From an uncultured Gammaproteobacteria bacterium (lineage in GTDB: Bacteria; Pseudomonadota; Gammaproteobacteria; CAZDOC01): a stretch of DNA of 64,000 nucleotides. A program made the translations under genes and the position numbers. Under the pieces are notes generated by a model that was not told where the DNA came from, made no database searches, and saw only the letters and a list, made by a program, of their open reading frames with translations. This document shows positions 52,407-62,569 of the stretch, piece after piece. Positions within the stretch are counted from its first letter, which is position 1. The number at the start of each line of letters is the position of its first letter. The stretch covers positions 1,284 to 65,283 of the forward strand of contig CAZDOC010000007.1 in NCBI GenBank assembly GCA_964506945.1. The letters run 5' to 3'.

Positions 52407-52482
52407 AGGCGATCGTTCCAGCAGCCACCGCCAGGATGTCACGTCTCCCCCGAACAGAGCGCCCATCTACGAGAATGCCACC

Positions 52483-54813
52483 ATGTCAGAGCTGAATGTC
52501 ATCGGTAAGAGCATCCGCAGGCCGGATGCCCACGACAAGGTCACGGGAGGCCGGCATTTCCCGGTGAATGTCAGTCTGCCGGGCATGCTGCATGCCCGCT
52601 TGCTGCGCAGCCCGTTTCCCCATGCACGCATCGTCAGCATCGATACCTCGGAGGCCGAGGCCCTGCCTGGCGTCAGGGCCGTGCTGGTTCCCGACGAGGT
52701 TCCGCAGATCCGCCTGACCCCGGTCTACTTCACCCCGGTACAGTCGCCGACCATGGTCCAGGATTTCATGGTGATGACCCGCGATGTGCGCTGGGTCGGC
52801 CAACCCGTGGCCGCGGTGGCGGCGTCATCCGCGGAGATTGCCGAGGCGGCAATCGAACTGATCGATGTGGAGTACGAGGAACTCCCCGCGGTTTTCGATC
52901 CCGAGGAAGCGATGGGCGAGGGTGCGCCGCAGTTGCACCCGGGTGCCGAACACAACATCGCCAAGCATGAGGTCTTCAGCATGGGCGACCTGGAGCAGGG
53001 CTTCGCCGAGGCGGATCACATCTTCGAAGGGGTCTATCAGACCCAGCGGGTGCATACCTGTTACATGGAACCCCGCGTCTGCGTCGTGGACAGCGATACC
53101 CAGGGTCGTCTGACCGTTCATTCCTCCATGCAACATGCCTTCGGCCTCAGGGAAAAGCTGGCCTTTGCCCTGGGTATCCCGGAAAGCCGGGTCAATGTCA
53201 TCAGGCCCGCCTATATCGGGGGCGGCTTTGGCGGCAAGCTGGACATGGGCTTCATCGAGCCGATCGCGGCCCTGCTGAGCCTCAAGACCGGCCGGCCCGT
53301 GCGCGCCGAGCAGACCCGCGCCGAGGACTTCATCAGTACCGCGCGTCACCCCATCAAGGTCTATCTGAAGACCGGCGTGAAGAACGATGGCAGCTTTACC
53401 GCGCGTTATATCAAGAGCGTGCTCGATACCGGCGCCCATGCCACGCATGGGTCGGAGGTCATCATGGTGCACGGCCTGTATGGGACCTTGTTCCCGTGGA
53501 CCTGTCCCAACCAGACCTGGGAAGGGTTTGCCGTCTATACCAACAACATGATCGGTGGCGGTTTCAGGGGCTACGGGGCGCCGCAGGGATGCTTCGCCGT
53601 CGAGTCGCAGAATGACGAGATCTGTGAGTCCCTGGGCCTGGACCCGATCGCCTTCCGCCTGAAGAACACCCGCAGGGAAGGGGACCCCCATCCCGTCCTG
53701 CAGGGGCACAAGCTGAACAGCTATCGCCTGGACGAGTGTCTCAGGACGGGGGCGCAGCATATAGGTTTCGAGCGGCGCCAGGCCGCCGGTTCGTCTGCCG
53801 GGGCCATCAAGCGGGGCATGGGCTTCGCCTGTCATCCGCTGTGGGTCAGCGGCTGCGTGGGGTTCCCGGATATCTACGAGCATTCCGGCGCGGTGATCAA
53901 GCTGAACCGGGATGCCACCGCGGACATCATCAGCGCCTGCGTGGATATCGGCTCCGGGCAGACCACCATGCTGACCCAGGTCGTGGCCGAGGAACTGGGT
54001 CTGCCGGCCGAATCCGTGCGCCTGGTCTATGCCGATACCGATACCGCTCCCTTCGATGCCCCCACGCATGCCAGCCGGGCAACCTATGCCGCCGGCGCGG
54101 CTACCCGGGCCGCCGCCATCGAGGCGAGAAAGCGCCTGTTCGAGGTCGCCGGCCATGTGATGGAGGCCAATCCGGAAGACCTGCTCATCCAGGATGGCAA
54201 GGTCATGGTCAAGGGGGCCCCGGATTCGGCCATGCCGATGCAGGACATCATCGCCAGGGCCGAATCCCCCTTCATACAGGTAGGCGAACAGGGCCCGTTT
54301 CCAACCACGCTGGAGGAGAAGGGGACCATCATGGGCATGGCCAGCATGGCGCCACCGAGCAACCCCACCCCGGTCGCGGCGGAGTTCGTCGAGCTGGAAG
54401 TCGATACGGAGACCGGGGAGGTCAGGATCCTGCGCGTGGTCTATGCTCATGACATAGGCAAGCTGATCCATCGTTGCTCGGCCGAGGGACAGGTCGAGGG
54501 CGGCTTCCAGCAGGGCATGGGCTATGCCCTGATGGAGAACATGGTCTTCGACCAGGAGACGGGCGCCTGCCTGACGGGCGACTTCCTGGATTACAAGATG
54601 CCGACGGCCATGGAGATGCCCGCATCGATAGAGAGCATCTTCATAGAATCCAATGAACCCAGCGGCCCCTACGGCGCCAAGAGTCTCTCGGAGATGTGCA
54701 TCATTCTCCCGGCCGCGGCCATCGCCAATGCCGTCTATAACGCCATCGGGGTCAGGATCACGGAACTGCCGATCACACCGGAGAAGATCCTCAGGGCCCT
54801 GGGCAGGATCTGA
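52483..54813 (+). CDS. Mo-cofactor-binding large subunit, xanthine dehydrogenase family
   Basis: DAHDKVTG, RSPFPHARI, GGGFGGK, FRGYGAPQG, GQVEGG..QGMG, AKSLSE. Start at 52483 (track gives 52294). Confidence 0.92.
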   Translation: MSELNVIGKSIRRPDAHDKVTGGRHFPVNVSLPGMLHARLLRSPFPHARIVSIDTSEAEALPGVRAVLVPDEVPQIRLTPVYFTPVQSPTMVQDFMVMTRDVRWVGQPVAAVAASSAEIAEAAIELIDVEYEELPAVFDPEEAMGEGAPQLHPGAEHNIAKHEVFSMGDLEQGFAEADHIFEGVYQTQRVHTCYMEPRVCVVDSDTQGRLTVHSSMQHAFGLREKLAFALGIPESRVNVIRPAYIGGGFGGKLDMGFIEPIAALLSLKTGRPVRAEQTRAEDFISTARHPIKVYLKTGVKNDGSFTARYIKSVLDTGAHATHGSEVIMVHGLYGTLFPWTCPNQTWEGFAVYTNNMIGGGFRGYGAPQGCFAVESQNDEICESLGLDPIAFRLKNTRREGDPHPVLQGHKLNSYRLDECLRTGAQHIGFERRQAAGSSAGAIKRGMGFACHPLWVSGCVGFPDIYEHSGAVIKLNRDATADIISACVDIGSGQTTMLTQVVAEELGLPAESVRLVYADTDTAPFDAPTHASRATYAAGAATRAAAIEARKRLFEVAGHVMEANPEDLLIQDGKVMVKGAPDSAMPMQDIIARAESPFIQVGEQGPFPTTLEEKGTIMGMASMAPPSNPTPVAAEFVELEVDTETGEVRILRVVYAHDIGKLIHRCSAEGQVEGGFQQGMGYALMENMVFDQETGACLTGDFLDYKMPTAMEMPASIESIFIESNEPSGPYGAKSLSEMCIILPAAAIANAVYNAIGVRITELPITPEKILRALGRI

Positions 54814-54919
54814 AGGGTCGCGGCACAGGGGCCCTGGCCGGCGCGGCGCAATATCGAGGGATATCCCGACTGGCCCGGGGCGAGACTTGCAGGCCTGAAC
54901 CTGACCTGGAAACAGGGGA

Positions 54920-57691
54920 GTGAGTCGTATGCACGCACAAAGCAAGCCCCAGGGCACGGAAAGCAAGCCCCGGGGCAAGAAGATCTCCACCTATTGCTAT
55001 CAATGTGTCAACGGGCCGGACATCCTCACGGTCGAGGTCATCGACGGCGTGGCCACCCGGATCGAACCGAATTTCGACCTCAAGGGCGAGCACCCGGCCG
55101 ATGGCAAGGTCTGTGTCAAACCCTTTGGACTGATCCAGAAACTCTACAATCCCAACCGGCTCAAGAAGCCGATGAAGCGCACCAACCCGAAAAAGGGCAA
55201 GGATGAAGACCCGGGCTGGGTCGAGATCGGCTGGGACGAGGCCCTGGATATCGTGGCCGGGAAACTGGCCCGGATCCGGGAGCAGGGACTGACCGATGAA
55301 AACGGCAATCCCCGCCTGGCCTTTACCACCGGGGGGGCCGCGACCCCCTATAAATACATGGGCAGTTTCCCGGCCTTCCTGGTCGCCTGGGGGCCGATAG
55401 ACCAGAGCATCGGCGCGGGTGGCACCGTCAAGTGCTACCACAGCGAGCATATGTTCGGCGAACTCTGGCACCGCGCCTTTACCGTGTTGCCGGATACCCC
55501 CAGCTGTGAATACATCATCTCCTTCGGCAACAATATCAATGCCTCCGGTGGCGTGACCGGTGTGCGCCGGCATGCCGATGCCAGGGCGCATGGCATGAAA
55601 CGCATCCAGTTCGAGCCCCATCTGTCGGTGACCGGGGCCACGGCCTCGGAATGGGTGCCCATCAAGCCACAGACCGATTCCGCCGTGCTCTTCGCCATGC
55701 TGCACGTGCTGCTGCACGAAACCCCCATCGATGAGCTGGACGTGCCCTTCCTGCGGGACCATACCGCCTCACCCTACCTGGTCGGCCCCCACGGTTTCTA
55801 TCTGCGTGATCCCGGGTCCGGCAAGCCACTGGTGTGGGACAACAATACCACCGAGGCGGTGCCCTTCGATCGGGCCGGCATCGATCCCGCCCTGCTGGGG
55901 CCTTTCACGGTCGGCCGGGCGCTGGAGAAGGGCGCCGATGATGCGTCCTGGACACACGAGGGCGTGGTGGCCTTTACCGGACTGGACATGGCGCGCAAAC
56001 TCGTGGCCGACAAGACCCCGGAATGGGCCGAGGGGATCTCCGATGTCCCCGCCGCGACCACCCGGCGAGTGGCACGGGAATTCCTGCAGCACGCCCATAT
56101 CGGTGAGACCATCGAGATAGACGGCAGGGTCCTGCCCTATCGCCCGGTCGCGAGTGTACTGGGAAAATCCGTCAACAATGGCTGGGGCGGCTATGAATGT
56201 GTCTGGGCGCATACCATGATGCAGGTGCTGGTTGGCGCCCTGGAGGTGCCGGGCGGTCTGCTGGGCAGCACCGTGCACCTGTCCGGCGATACGGACTGGG
56301 ATCGCATGCTGACCGTGGAGCCGGGGGAGGACGGTTTCATGAAGGCCCCGTTCAATCCCACCAGCAAGGACGAATGGAACGCCCATCCGACCAACCGCCA
56401 TGCGGAAAGCAGTCTCACGCCCATGGCCGGTCACAACCAGGGGGCGCAGTTGTTCGGCGCCACGACCATGGCCTGGCTGCGTCTGCAGGGACGCGCCGCC
56501 AAGAGCTGGCCCAGGCCCAATCCGCCGGATGTGTGGTTCGTCTACAAGTGCAATCCGGCCATTTCATTTTCCGAGACCGACAGGATCTGCGAGGAGATGG
56601 CGCAGTTTCCGTTCATCGCGGCCTTCACCTATCAGCTGGACGAGACGGTACACTTCGCCGATGTGCTGATGCCGGAGGCGACCGATCTGGAAAGCGATCA
56701 ATTACTGCGTATCGGCGGGACGCACTATTTCGAGAATCACTGGGTGACTGAGGGCTGGGCCTTGCGCCAGGCGGTGGTCGAGCCCCAGGGTGAGGCGCGT
56801 GATTTCAGCTGGATCGCCAACCAGCTGGCGCGCAGGCTGGGTATGCTGGAAGAATACAACACCATGATCAACTTCGGTGTGTGCGGCATTCCACTGCAGG
56901 GAGAGGGTTATGATTTCAGCATCGACCCGACCACGGAACATCCCCAGGAAGAGATCTGGGATGCCGTGTGCAAGGCGGCCAGTTACGATATCACCGGCGG
57001 CCAGGAGACGCTCGGGATCGACTGGTTCAGGGAACACGGTTACAAGACCCGGCCCTTCTCGCGCCTGCACTGGTATCTGTTCCCGCTGATGCAGGACATG
57101 GGCCTGCGCTTCGAACTGCCCTACCAGGAACGCTATTTCCGCATGGGCCGGGAACTGGCCAACCGCCTGCACGAGACCGGCGCCGACTGGTGGGACCGGC
57201 AGCTGGCGGAATACGAGCCCCTGCCGGAATGGCGCGATCTGAACAAGCTCTGGGACGAGATCATCGCCAAGAACAACCATGTCGATCCCGCCGATTACCC
57301 CTTCTGGCTGCTGACCGGGCGCAGCATGCAGTATGCCTGGGGCGCCAATGTCAGCATACAGATGATGAATGAGGTCTCGAACAACGTATTCGGCCACGAC
57401 GGCATCATAATGAACGCCGGCAGGGCCGCGGAAATGGGTATCGAGGATGGCGATACCATCGAGGTGGAATCTCCCGTCGCCAGCACCCGCGGCATCGCGC
57501 GCCTGCGCCAGGGGGTGCGCCCGGATGTCATCATCATGCTGGCCCAGTTCGGGCAATGGAATACGCCCGTGGCCAAGGAACTGAAACGCCCCAACCTGAA
57601 CAGACTGGTGCCGATGAACCAGGATTCGGTCGATGCCGGCGGCGCGAGTATCGACGGCACCAAAGTCAAGATCAAACGCGTGGAGGCCTGA
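54920..57691 (+). CDS. DMSO-reductase-family Mo-bisPGD enzyme, phenylacetyl-CoA:acceptor oxidoreductase large subunit-like (PadB-like)
   Basis: TYCYQCVNGPD..IEPNF..HPADGKVCVKPFGLIQKLYNP resembles the PadB N-terminus as I recall it; no Tat signal; C-terminal LLTGRSMQY. Confidence 0.75.
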   Translation: MSRMHAQSKPQGTESKPRGKKISTYCYQCVNGPDILTVEVIDGVATRIEPNFDLKGEHPADGKVCVKPFGLIQKLYNPNRLKKPMKRTNPKKGKDEDPGWVEIGWDEALDIVAGKLARIREQGLTDENGNPRLAFTTGGAATPYKYMGSFPAFLVAWGPIDQSIGAGGTVKCYHSEHMFGELWHRAFTVLPDTPSCEYIISFGNNINASGGVTGVRRHADARAHGMKRIQFEPHLSVTGATASEWVPIKPQTDSAVLFAMLHVLLHETPIDELDVPFLRDHTASPYLVGPHGFYLRDPGSGKPLVWDNNTTEAVPFDRAGIDPALLGPFTVGRALEKGADDASWTHEGVVAFTGLDMARKLVADKTPEWAEGISDVPAATTRRVAREFLQHAHIGETIEIDGRVLPYRPVASVLGKSVNNGWGGYECVWAHTMMQVLVGALEVPGGLLGSTVHLSGDTDWDRMLTVEPGEDGFMKAPFNPTSKDEWNAHPTNRHAESSLTPMAGHNQGAQLFGATTMAWLRLQGRAAKSWPRPNPPDVWFVYKCNPAISFSETDRICEEMAQFPFIAAFTYQLDETVHFADVLMPEATDLESDQLLRIGGTHYFENHWVTEGWALRQAVVEPQGEARDFSWIANQLARRLGMLEEYNTMINFGVCGIPLQGEGYDFSIDPTTEHPQEEIWDAVCKAASYDITGGQETLGIDWFREHGYKTRPFSRLHWYLFPLMQDMGLRFELPYQERYFRMGRELANRLHETGADWWDRQLAEYEPLPEWRDLNKLWDEIIAKNNHVDPADYPFWLLTGRSMQYAWGANVSIQMMNEVSNNVFGHDGIIMNAGRAAEMGIEDGDTIEVESPVASTRGIARLRQGVRPDVIIMLAQFGQWNTPVAKELKRPNLNRLVPMNQDSVDAGGASIDGTKVKIKRVEA

Positions 57692-57694
57692 GCC

Positions 57695-58351
57695 ATGACT
57701 CGTTATGTAATGGTCGCGGACATGAACCGTTGCGTTGGCTGCCAGACCTGCACCGCGGCCTGCAAACATACCAACGCCACCCTGCCGCAGGTGGAATGGC
57801 GCAAGGTGCTCGATATCGAGTGGGGTGAGTACCCCGATGCCCACCGCGTCTTCATGCCCGTCGGTTGCCAGCACTGCGCCGATCCCCCCTGCATGAGCGT
57901 CTGTCCCAGCACCGCCACCGGGCAGCGCGAGGACGGCCTGGTCACCATCGATTACGATCTCTGCATCGGCTGTGGATACTGCATGGTGGCCTGCCCCTAC
58001 CAGGCCCGCTACAAGGTCTCGGAGCCGCACTTCGCCTATGGCGATACGCCGATGGCATCGGAGGCCGCGCGCTTCGATGAAAAGCGTATCGGTGTCGCCC
58101 AGAAATGCACCTTCTGCGCGGATCGCGTGGATGACGGCCTGGCCAGGGGCCTGACGCCGGGGCTCGATCCCGATGCCACGCCCGGATGCGTCAACGCCTG
58201 TATCGCCGATGCCCTCACCTTTGGCGATATCGAGGATGAAAACAGCAATGTCTCCCGCCTGCTGGAGGAGAACACCTGGTTCCAGATGCACGCCGAGCTG
58301 GAGACGGAGACCGGCTTTTATTACCTGTGGGACCAAGAGCCAGGGGAGTGA
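57695..58351 (+). CDS. 4Fe-4S dicluster subunit (PadC/DmsB-like)
   Basis: CVGCQTCTAAC, CQHCADPPCMSVCP, CIGCGYCMVACPY, KCTFC, PGCVNAC. Confidence 0.9.
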   Translation: MTRYVMVADMNRCVGCQTCTAACKHTNATLPQVEWRKVLDIEWGEYPDAHRVFMPVGCQHCADPPCMSVCPSTATGQREDGLVTIDYDLCIGCGYCMVACPYQARYKVSEPHFAYGDTPMASEAARFDEKRIGVAQKCTFCADRVDDGLARGLTPGLDPDATPGCVNACIADALTFGDIEDENSNVSRLLEENTWFQMHAELETETGFYYLWDQEPGE

Positions 58352-58358
58352 ACCCAAA

Positions 58359-59237
58359 GTGACGAGATATGGCAGTATTCTGCAAACCTACTGGGACTGG
58401 CGCGCCGCCGGCAACTTCATCTTTGGCGGCACCGGCAGCGGCCTGCTGATCGGTGCGGTCATGCTGGCCTATCCCGGCCCCCTGGACCCGGTGCTGGGCC
58501 TGCTGGCACTGGCCTTCATGGGCCTGGGGCTGTTCCTGGTCTGGCTGGAGATCGGCAAACCGCTGCGTTTCCTGCATGTGTACTTCCATCCGCAGACCTC
58601 GTGGATGACCCGCGAAGGGAGTGTCGCCGGCCTGCTGTTCCCGGTGGCCCTGCTGGCCATGTATCTGGGATCCGCCTGGCTGGTCGCGATCACGGGCCTG
58701 CTTGCGGCCATGTTCCTCTATTGTCAGGCCAGGATACTGCAGGCCTCGAAAGGGGTCCCTGCCTGGCGCGATCCCGCCATGGTGCCGCTGATCCTCGGCA
58801 CGGGTCTGGTCGAGGGTACGGCAATCGCCCTGGCCGCCCTGTGTCTGGGCGCCGGGCCGTCGCCGTCGCTGGTGACGGCCTTCGCCGTATTACTCCTGCT
58901 GCGGGCCTATCTGTGGAAGCGATACGGCAACAGTCTGCATCGGCATGATGCCCCCCGGGAGACACTGGCCGTCATCGATGGCATGGACGGCCTCACGCTG
59001 TGGGGCGGGAATATCGTCCCCCTGCTGCTGCTTATCGTCGCCTCGCTGGTCCCCGCCCTGGCCCCGTTGTCGCTCCTCCTCGCGGCGGCAGGCGCACTCT
59101 TCAGTGGCTGGCACATGAAATACGCCCTCGTCAGGCGGGCCTCCCAGCTACAGGGCTACGCCTTCGGCAGGCTGCGCAAGGGGCGGCCCAGGATCAAGCC
59201 CCCGGTACGCAGGCAGCCGGATCGTTTTGTGTTGTAG
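58359..59237 (+). CDS. Membrane anchor subunit (PadD/DmsC/NrfD-like)
   Basis: QTYWDWRAAGNFIFGGTGSG, EIGKPLR, SWMTRE; multiple TM segments. GTG start at 58359. Confidence 0.85.
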   Translation: MTRYGSILQTYWDWRAAGNFIFGGTGSGLLIGAVMLAYPGPLDPVLGLLALAFMGLGLFLVWLEIGKPLRFLHVYFHPQTSWMTREGSVAGLLFPVALLAMYLGSAWLVAITGLLAAMFLYCQARILQASKGVPAWRDPAMVPLILGTGLVEGTAIALAALCLGAGPSPSLVTAFAVLLLLRAYLWKRYGNSLHRHDAPRETLAVIDGMDGLTLWGGNIVPLLLLIVASLVPALAPLSLLLAAAGALFSGWHMKYALVRRASQLQGYAFGRLRKGRPRIKPPVRRQPDRFVL

Positions 59238-59306
59238 TTCCACATCAGGCCTGTACCCATCCGTGCCGATGCAATCCCCGCGTATTGAAACCCGCCTGTC
59301 CTGAAT

Positions 59307-59891
59307 ATGTATCCAAGCATCGAAAAGGCCAGCGAGGGAGAGTCTGACAGTCCCATCGTCACCTTCATCATCAACAACCGGGTGATCCCCGGAAAGGAAG
59401 CGGATTTCGAAAGATTCCTGAAAGACATCAACAAAAAGGCCATGACCTATCCCGGACATATGGGGGTGAATTTCATCCGTCCGGGTCCGAACGACCAGAC
59501 CTATACCACCATCGTCCGTTTCGACAACTACGAGCATCTGCATGACTGGCTGGAATCGGATGCGCGCAAGGAATACATGAAGAATATCGAGGACCTGGTG
59601 GAAAGCGATCCGGAGATCCGTATCGAAACCGGCCTGGAGTACTGGTTCACCCCGCTGGCGGTGGATCCCAAGATCCCCAGGCGCTGGAAACAGATGGTGA
59701 TCACGCTAAGCGCCATCTACCCGCTGACCCTGCTGCTGGGGGTGTTCTTCAGCCTGTTCGATCCTCATTCGGTCTTTGTTACCGAACCGCTGATACACAA
59801 ACTGCTCGGCTCCATCCTGCTGGTGTTCCTGATGGTCTACCTGGTGATGCCCGGATATACCCGGCTGATGGCGAAGTGGCTGTACAAATGA
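59307..59891 (+). CDS. Antibiotic biosynthesis monooxygenase (ABM)-domain protein with C-terminal TM helices
   Basis: YPGHMGV, IVRFDNYEHLHDWLES..RK, TGLEYWF, PRRWKQ, VMPGYTRL. Confidence 0.78.
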   Translation: MYPSIEKASEGESDSPIVTFIINNRVIPGKEADFERFLKDINKKAMTYPGHMGVNFIRPGPNDQTYTTIVRFDNYEHLHDWLESDARKEYMKNIEDLVESDPEIRIETGLEYWFTPLAVDPKIPRRWKQMVITLSAIYPLTLLLGVFFSLFDPHSVFVTEPLIHKLLGSILLVFLMVYLVMPGYTRLMAKWLYK

Positions 59892-59941
59892 GCGCCTGCA
59901 GGATCGGCCTGCGGCCTTGAGACATACAGTCGGCAGGGGAC

Positions 59942-61606
59942 TCACATATCGGGATAGTTCGGCCCGCCGCCCCCTTCCGGCGTCACCCAGGTGATGTTCC
60001 GGCACGGGTCCTTGATGTCGCAGGCCTTGCAGTGCAGGCAGTTCTGGGCGTTGATCTGCAGGCGTGGCCCACCCGTTTCGTCCGTGACGATTTCATAGAC
60101 CCCGGCGGGGCAGTAGCGTTGTTCCGGGGCATCGTAGCGTTCCAGGCTGGCGCCGATGGCCAGTCGTGGATCCTTGAGTCGCAGATGGCAGGGCTGGTCT
60201 TCCTCGTGATTGGTGTTGGAGAGAAAGACCGATGACAGGCGATCGAAGCTGATCTGCGCATCGGGTTTCGGGTAGGCGATCCGCCGGCACTGTTGCCGGG
60301 GACGCAGTCTGTCACGGTCGCTGACACGGTCATGGATCGTCAGCGGCAGGGCCCCGGAGAAGAGATTCTGATCGAGCAGGTTATAGGCCCCGCCGGCGTA
60401 GAGGCCGAAGCGGTGTATGACGGAGCCGAAATTCCGGCTGCGATGGAGTTCGTCATACAGCCAGGACTGCCGGTAGCGTAGCTCATGCCCCCCGGGGTCT
60501 TCATCCTCCCTGGCGGTGTGGTCCAGCGCGGCATGGATGCTCTCGGCCGCCAGGGCGCCGGACTTCATGGCCGTATGGATGCCCTTGATCTTGGAGAAAT
60601 TCAGGGTTCCGGCCTCACAGCCGGCCAGCAGGGCCCCGGGCATGACCATCCTGGGCTGGGACAGCAGCCCGCCCTTGCTGAGGGTCCTGGCGCCATAGGC
60701 GATGCGGCGTCCACCGGCCAGGGTCTCGCGTATCAGGGGATGCTGCTTGTAGCGCTGGAATTCCTCGAACGGGCTGAGGTAGGGGTTGGCATAATTGAGA
60801 TCGGTGATCAGGCCCACGCTGACCCGGTTGTCGGCCAGGTGATAGAGGAAGGATCCGCCCGTGGCTGCCGATTCACTGAGTGGCCAGCCGGCGCCGTGGA
60901 GGACCCGCCCGGGTTCATGCCGGGCCGGATCGATCTCCCACAGTTCCTTGATGCCGAGGGCATAATGTTGCGGGTCGCGGCCTTCATCGAGCCGGAAATG
61001 CGCGATCAGCCGCCGGCCCAGGTGACCGCGGCAGCCCTCCGCGAAGAGGGTGTATCTCGCCCGCAACGCCATGCCGGGCTGATAGCCGGGTTTGTGGCTG
61101 CCGTCCGCGGCCACGCCCATATCCCCGGTGATCACCCCGCTGACCCGGTTGCCCTCATCGATGATCACCTCCGCGGCGGGGAAGCCGGGGAAGATGTCCA
61201 CCCCCAGTTCCTCCGCCTGCCGGGCCAGCCAGCGGCACAGCAGGCCCAGGCTGATGATATGGTTGCCCTGGTTGCGCATGGGTCTGGGGACCAGGAATTC
61301 CGGGATACGGGTGGCATGCCGCGGGTCCCTGAAAAAATAGACCTCGTCACGGCCGACCGGGACCTCGACCGGGGCCCCTCGCTGTTTCCAGTCCGGGAGC
61401 AACTCATCCAGCGCGCGGGTCTCGAAGATTGCGCCCGAGAGGATATGCGCCCCGATCTCAGAGCCCTTCTCCAGGATACAGACCGATATATCCTGCTCAC
61501 TGTCCGCGGCCAGCTGGCGCAGGCGGATCGCCGCCGACAGTCCGCAGGGGCCCCCGCCTACGATGACCACGTCGTATTCCATGCTTTCCCGTTGCATCGG
61601 CGCCAT
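59942..61606 (-). CDS. Electron transfer flavoprotein-ubiquinone oxidoreductase
   Basis: YDVVIVGGGPCGLSAA, EKGSEIGAHILSGA, YCPAGVYE, NCLHCKACDIKDP, PEGGGGPNY. Confidence 0.96.
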   Translation of the reverse strand: MAPMQRESMEYDVVIVGGGPCGLSAAIRLRQLAADSEQDISVCILEKGSEIGAHILSGAIFETRALDELLPDWKQRGAPVEVPVGRDEVYFFRDPRHATRIPEFLVPRPMRNQGNHIISLGLLCRWLARQAEELGVDIFPGFPAAEVIIDEGNRVSGVITGDMGVAADGSHKPGYQPGMALRARYTLFAEGCRGHLGRRLIAHFRLDEGRDPQHYALGIKELWEIDPARHEPGRVLHGAGWPLSESAATGGSFLYHLADNRVSVGLITDLNYANPYLSPFEEFQRYKQHPLIRETLAGGRRIAYGARTLSKGGLLSQPRMVMPGALLAGCEAGTLNFSKIKGIHTAMKSGALAAESIHAALDHTAREDEDPGGHELRYRQSWLYDELHRSRNFGSVIHRFGLYAGGAYNLLDQNLFSGALPLTIHDRVSDRDRLRPRQQCRRIAYPKPDAQISFDRLSSVFLSNTNHEEDQPCHLRLKDPRLAIGASLERYDAPEQRYCPAGVYEIVTDETGGPRLQINAQNCLHCKACDIKDPCRNITWVTPEGGGGPNYPDM

Positions 61607-61614
61607 GTCCCCCG

Positions 61615-62568
61615 TCAGCGGTCGCCCGGTCCAGCGTCCAGCTCGCGCAACAGCTGGGGGACGATCTCGAACAGATCGCCGACGATACCGTAGTTCGCGA
61701 CCTGGAATATCGGCGCATCGGCATCCTTGTTGATGGCCACCACCACCTGGCTGTCCTTCATCCCGGCAAGGTGCTGGATGGCCCCTGAGATGCCGACGGC
61801 GATGTACAGTTTGGGCGCGACGACCTTGCCGGTCTGGCCAACCTGGGCATCATTGCCGATAAAACCGGCGTCCACCGCCGCCCTGGATGCGCCAATCGCG
61901 GCGCCCAGCCTGTCCGCCAGCTGCTCGACCAGGGCGAAGTTCTCCTTGCTGCCCAGACCACGGCCGCCGGAGACGACGATCTCCGCGCTGGCCAGATCGG
62001 GGCGATCCGAGATCGTCGGGTCGTTGCGCACCAGTTCGGACAGGCCGCTGTCAACGGCCCCGCCGATCTCGACGATGCCGGCGGCTTCGCCTTGCCGGCC
62101 CCCGGCGGCCGGGAAGGCGGTGGCGCGGACCGTGAGCACCTTGATCGGATCGTCCGACTGCACCGTGGCGATGATATTTCCGGCATAGATCGGCCGCTGG
62201 AAGGTATCCGGCGACTGGACGGCGATGATCTCGGATATCTGCGCGACATCGAGCAGGGCCGCCACGCGCGGCAACAGGTTCTTGCCGGTGGTCGTTGCCG
62301 GGCCCAGGATGTGGGTGTACGCGGATGCCTGCTGGCGGACCAGGGGCGCGATATTCTCTGCCAGTTGCGCCGCGCAGGCGGGATCGTCGCATAACAGGAC
62401 CTGCCCGACCCCGGCGATCGTGGTCAGGCCCAGGGCGATGTCCCGGCACTGGTGTCCCGCCACCAGGACATCGACGCTCGCGGAGATGCCAAGGCCCGCG
62501 GTGATCGCCGACAGCGTGGCGCTGTTCAGGGTCTGGTTGTCGTGGTCGGCTATTATCAGGCATTGCAT
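61615..62568 (-). CDS. etfA: Electron transfer flavoprotein alpha subunit
   Basis: VVSGGRG, GASRAAVDAG, QVGQTGKVVAP, GISGAIQHLAGM. Confidence 0.96.
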   Translation of the reverse strand: MQCLIIADHDNQTLNSATLSAITAGLGISASVDVLVAGHQCRDIALGLTTIAGVGQVLLCDDPACAAQLAENIAPLVRQQASAYTHILGPATTTGKNLLPRVAALLDVAQISEIIAVQSPDTFQRPIYAGNIIATVQSDDPIKVLTVRATAFPAAGGRQGEAAGIVEIGGAVDSGLSELVRNDPTISDRPDLASAEIVVSGGRGLGSKENFALVEQLADRLGAAIGASRAAVDAGFIGNDAQVGQTGKVVAPKLYIAVGISGAIQHLAGMKDSQVVVAINKDADAPIFQVANYGIVGDLFEIVPQLLRELDAGPGDR

Positions 62569-62569
62569 G

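Noticed and set aside
54920-57691. Selenocysteine or Tat-exported respiratory reductase
   Set aside because: No in-frame TGA and no twin-arginine signal; the N-terminus resembles cytoplasm-facing PadB.
46332-58357. Very long antisense ORFs (46332-48296 +, 52825-54990 -, 56702-58357 -)
   Set aside because: They lie opposite well-supported genes and show no family motifs. They are expected shadows of high-GC codon bias.
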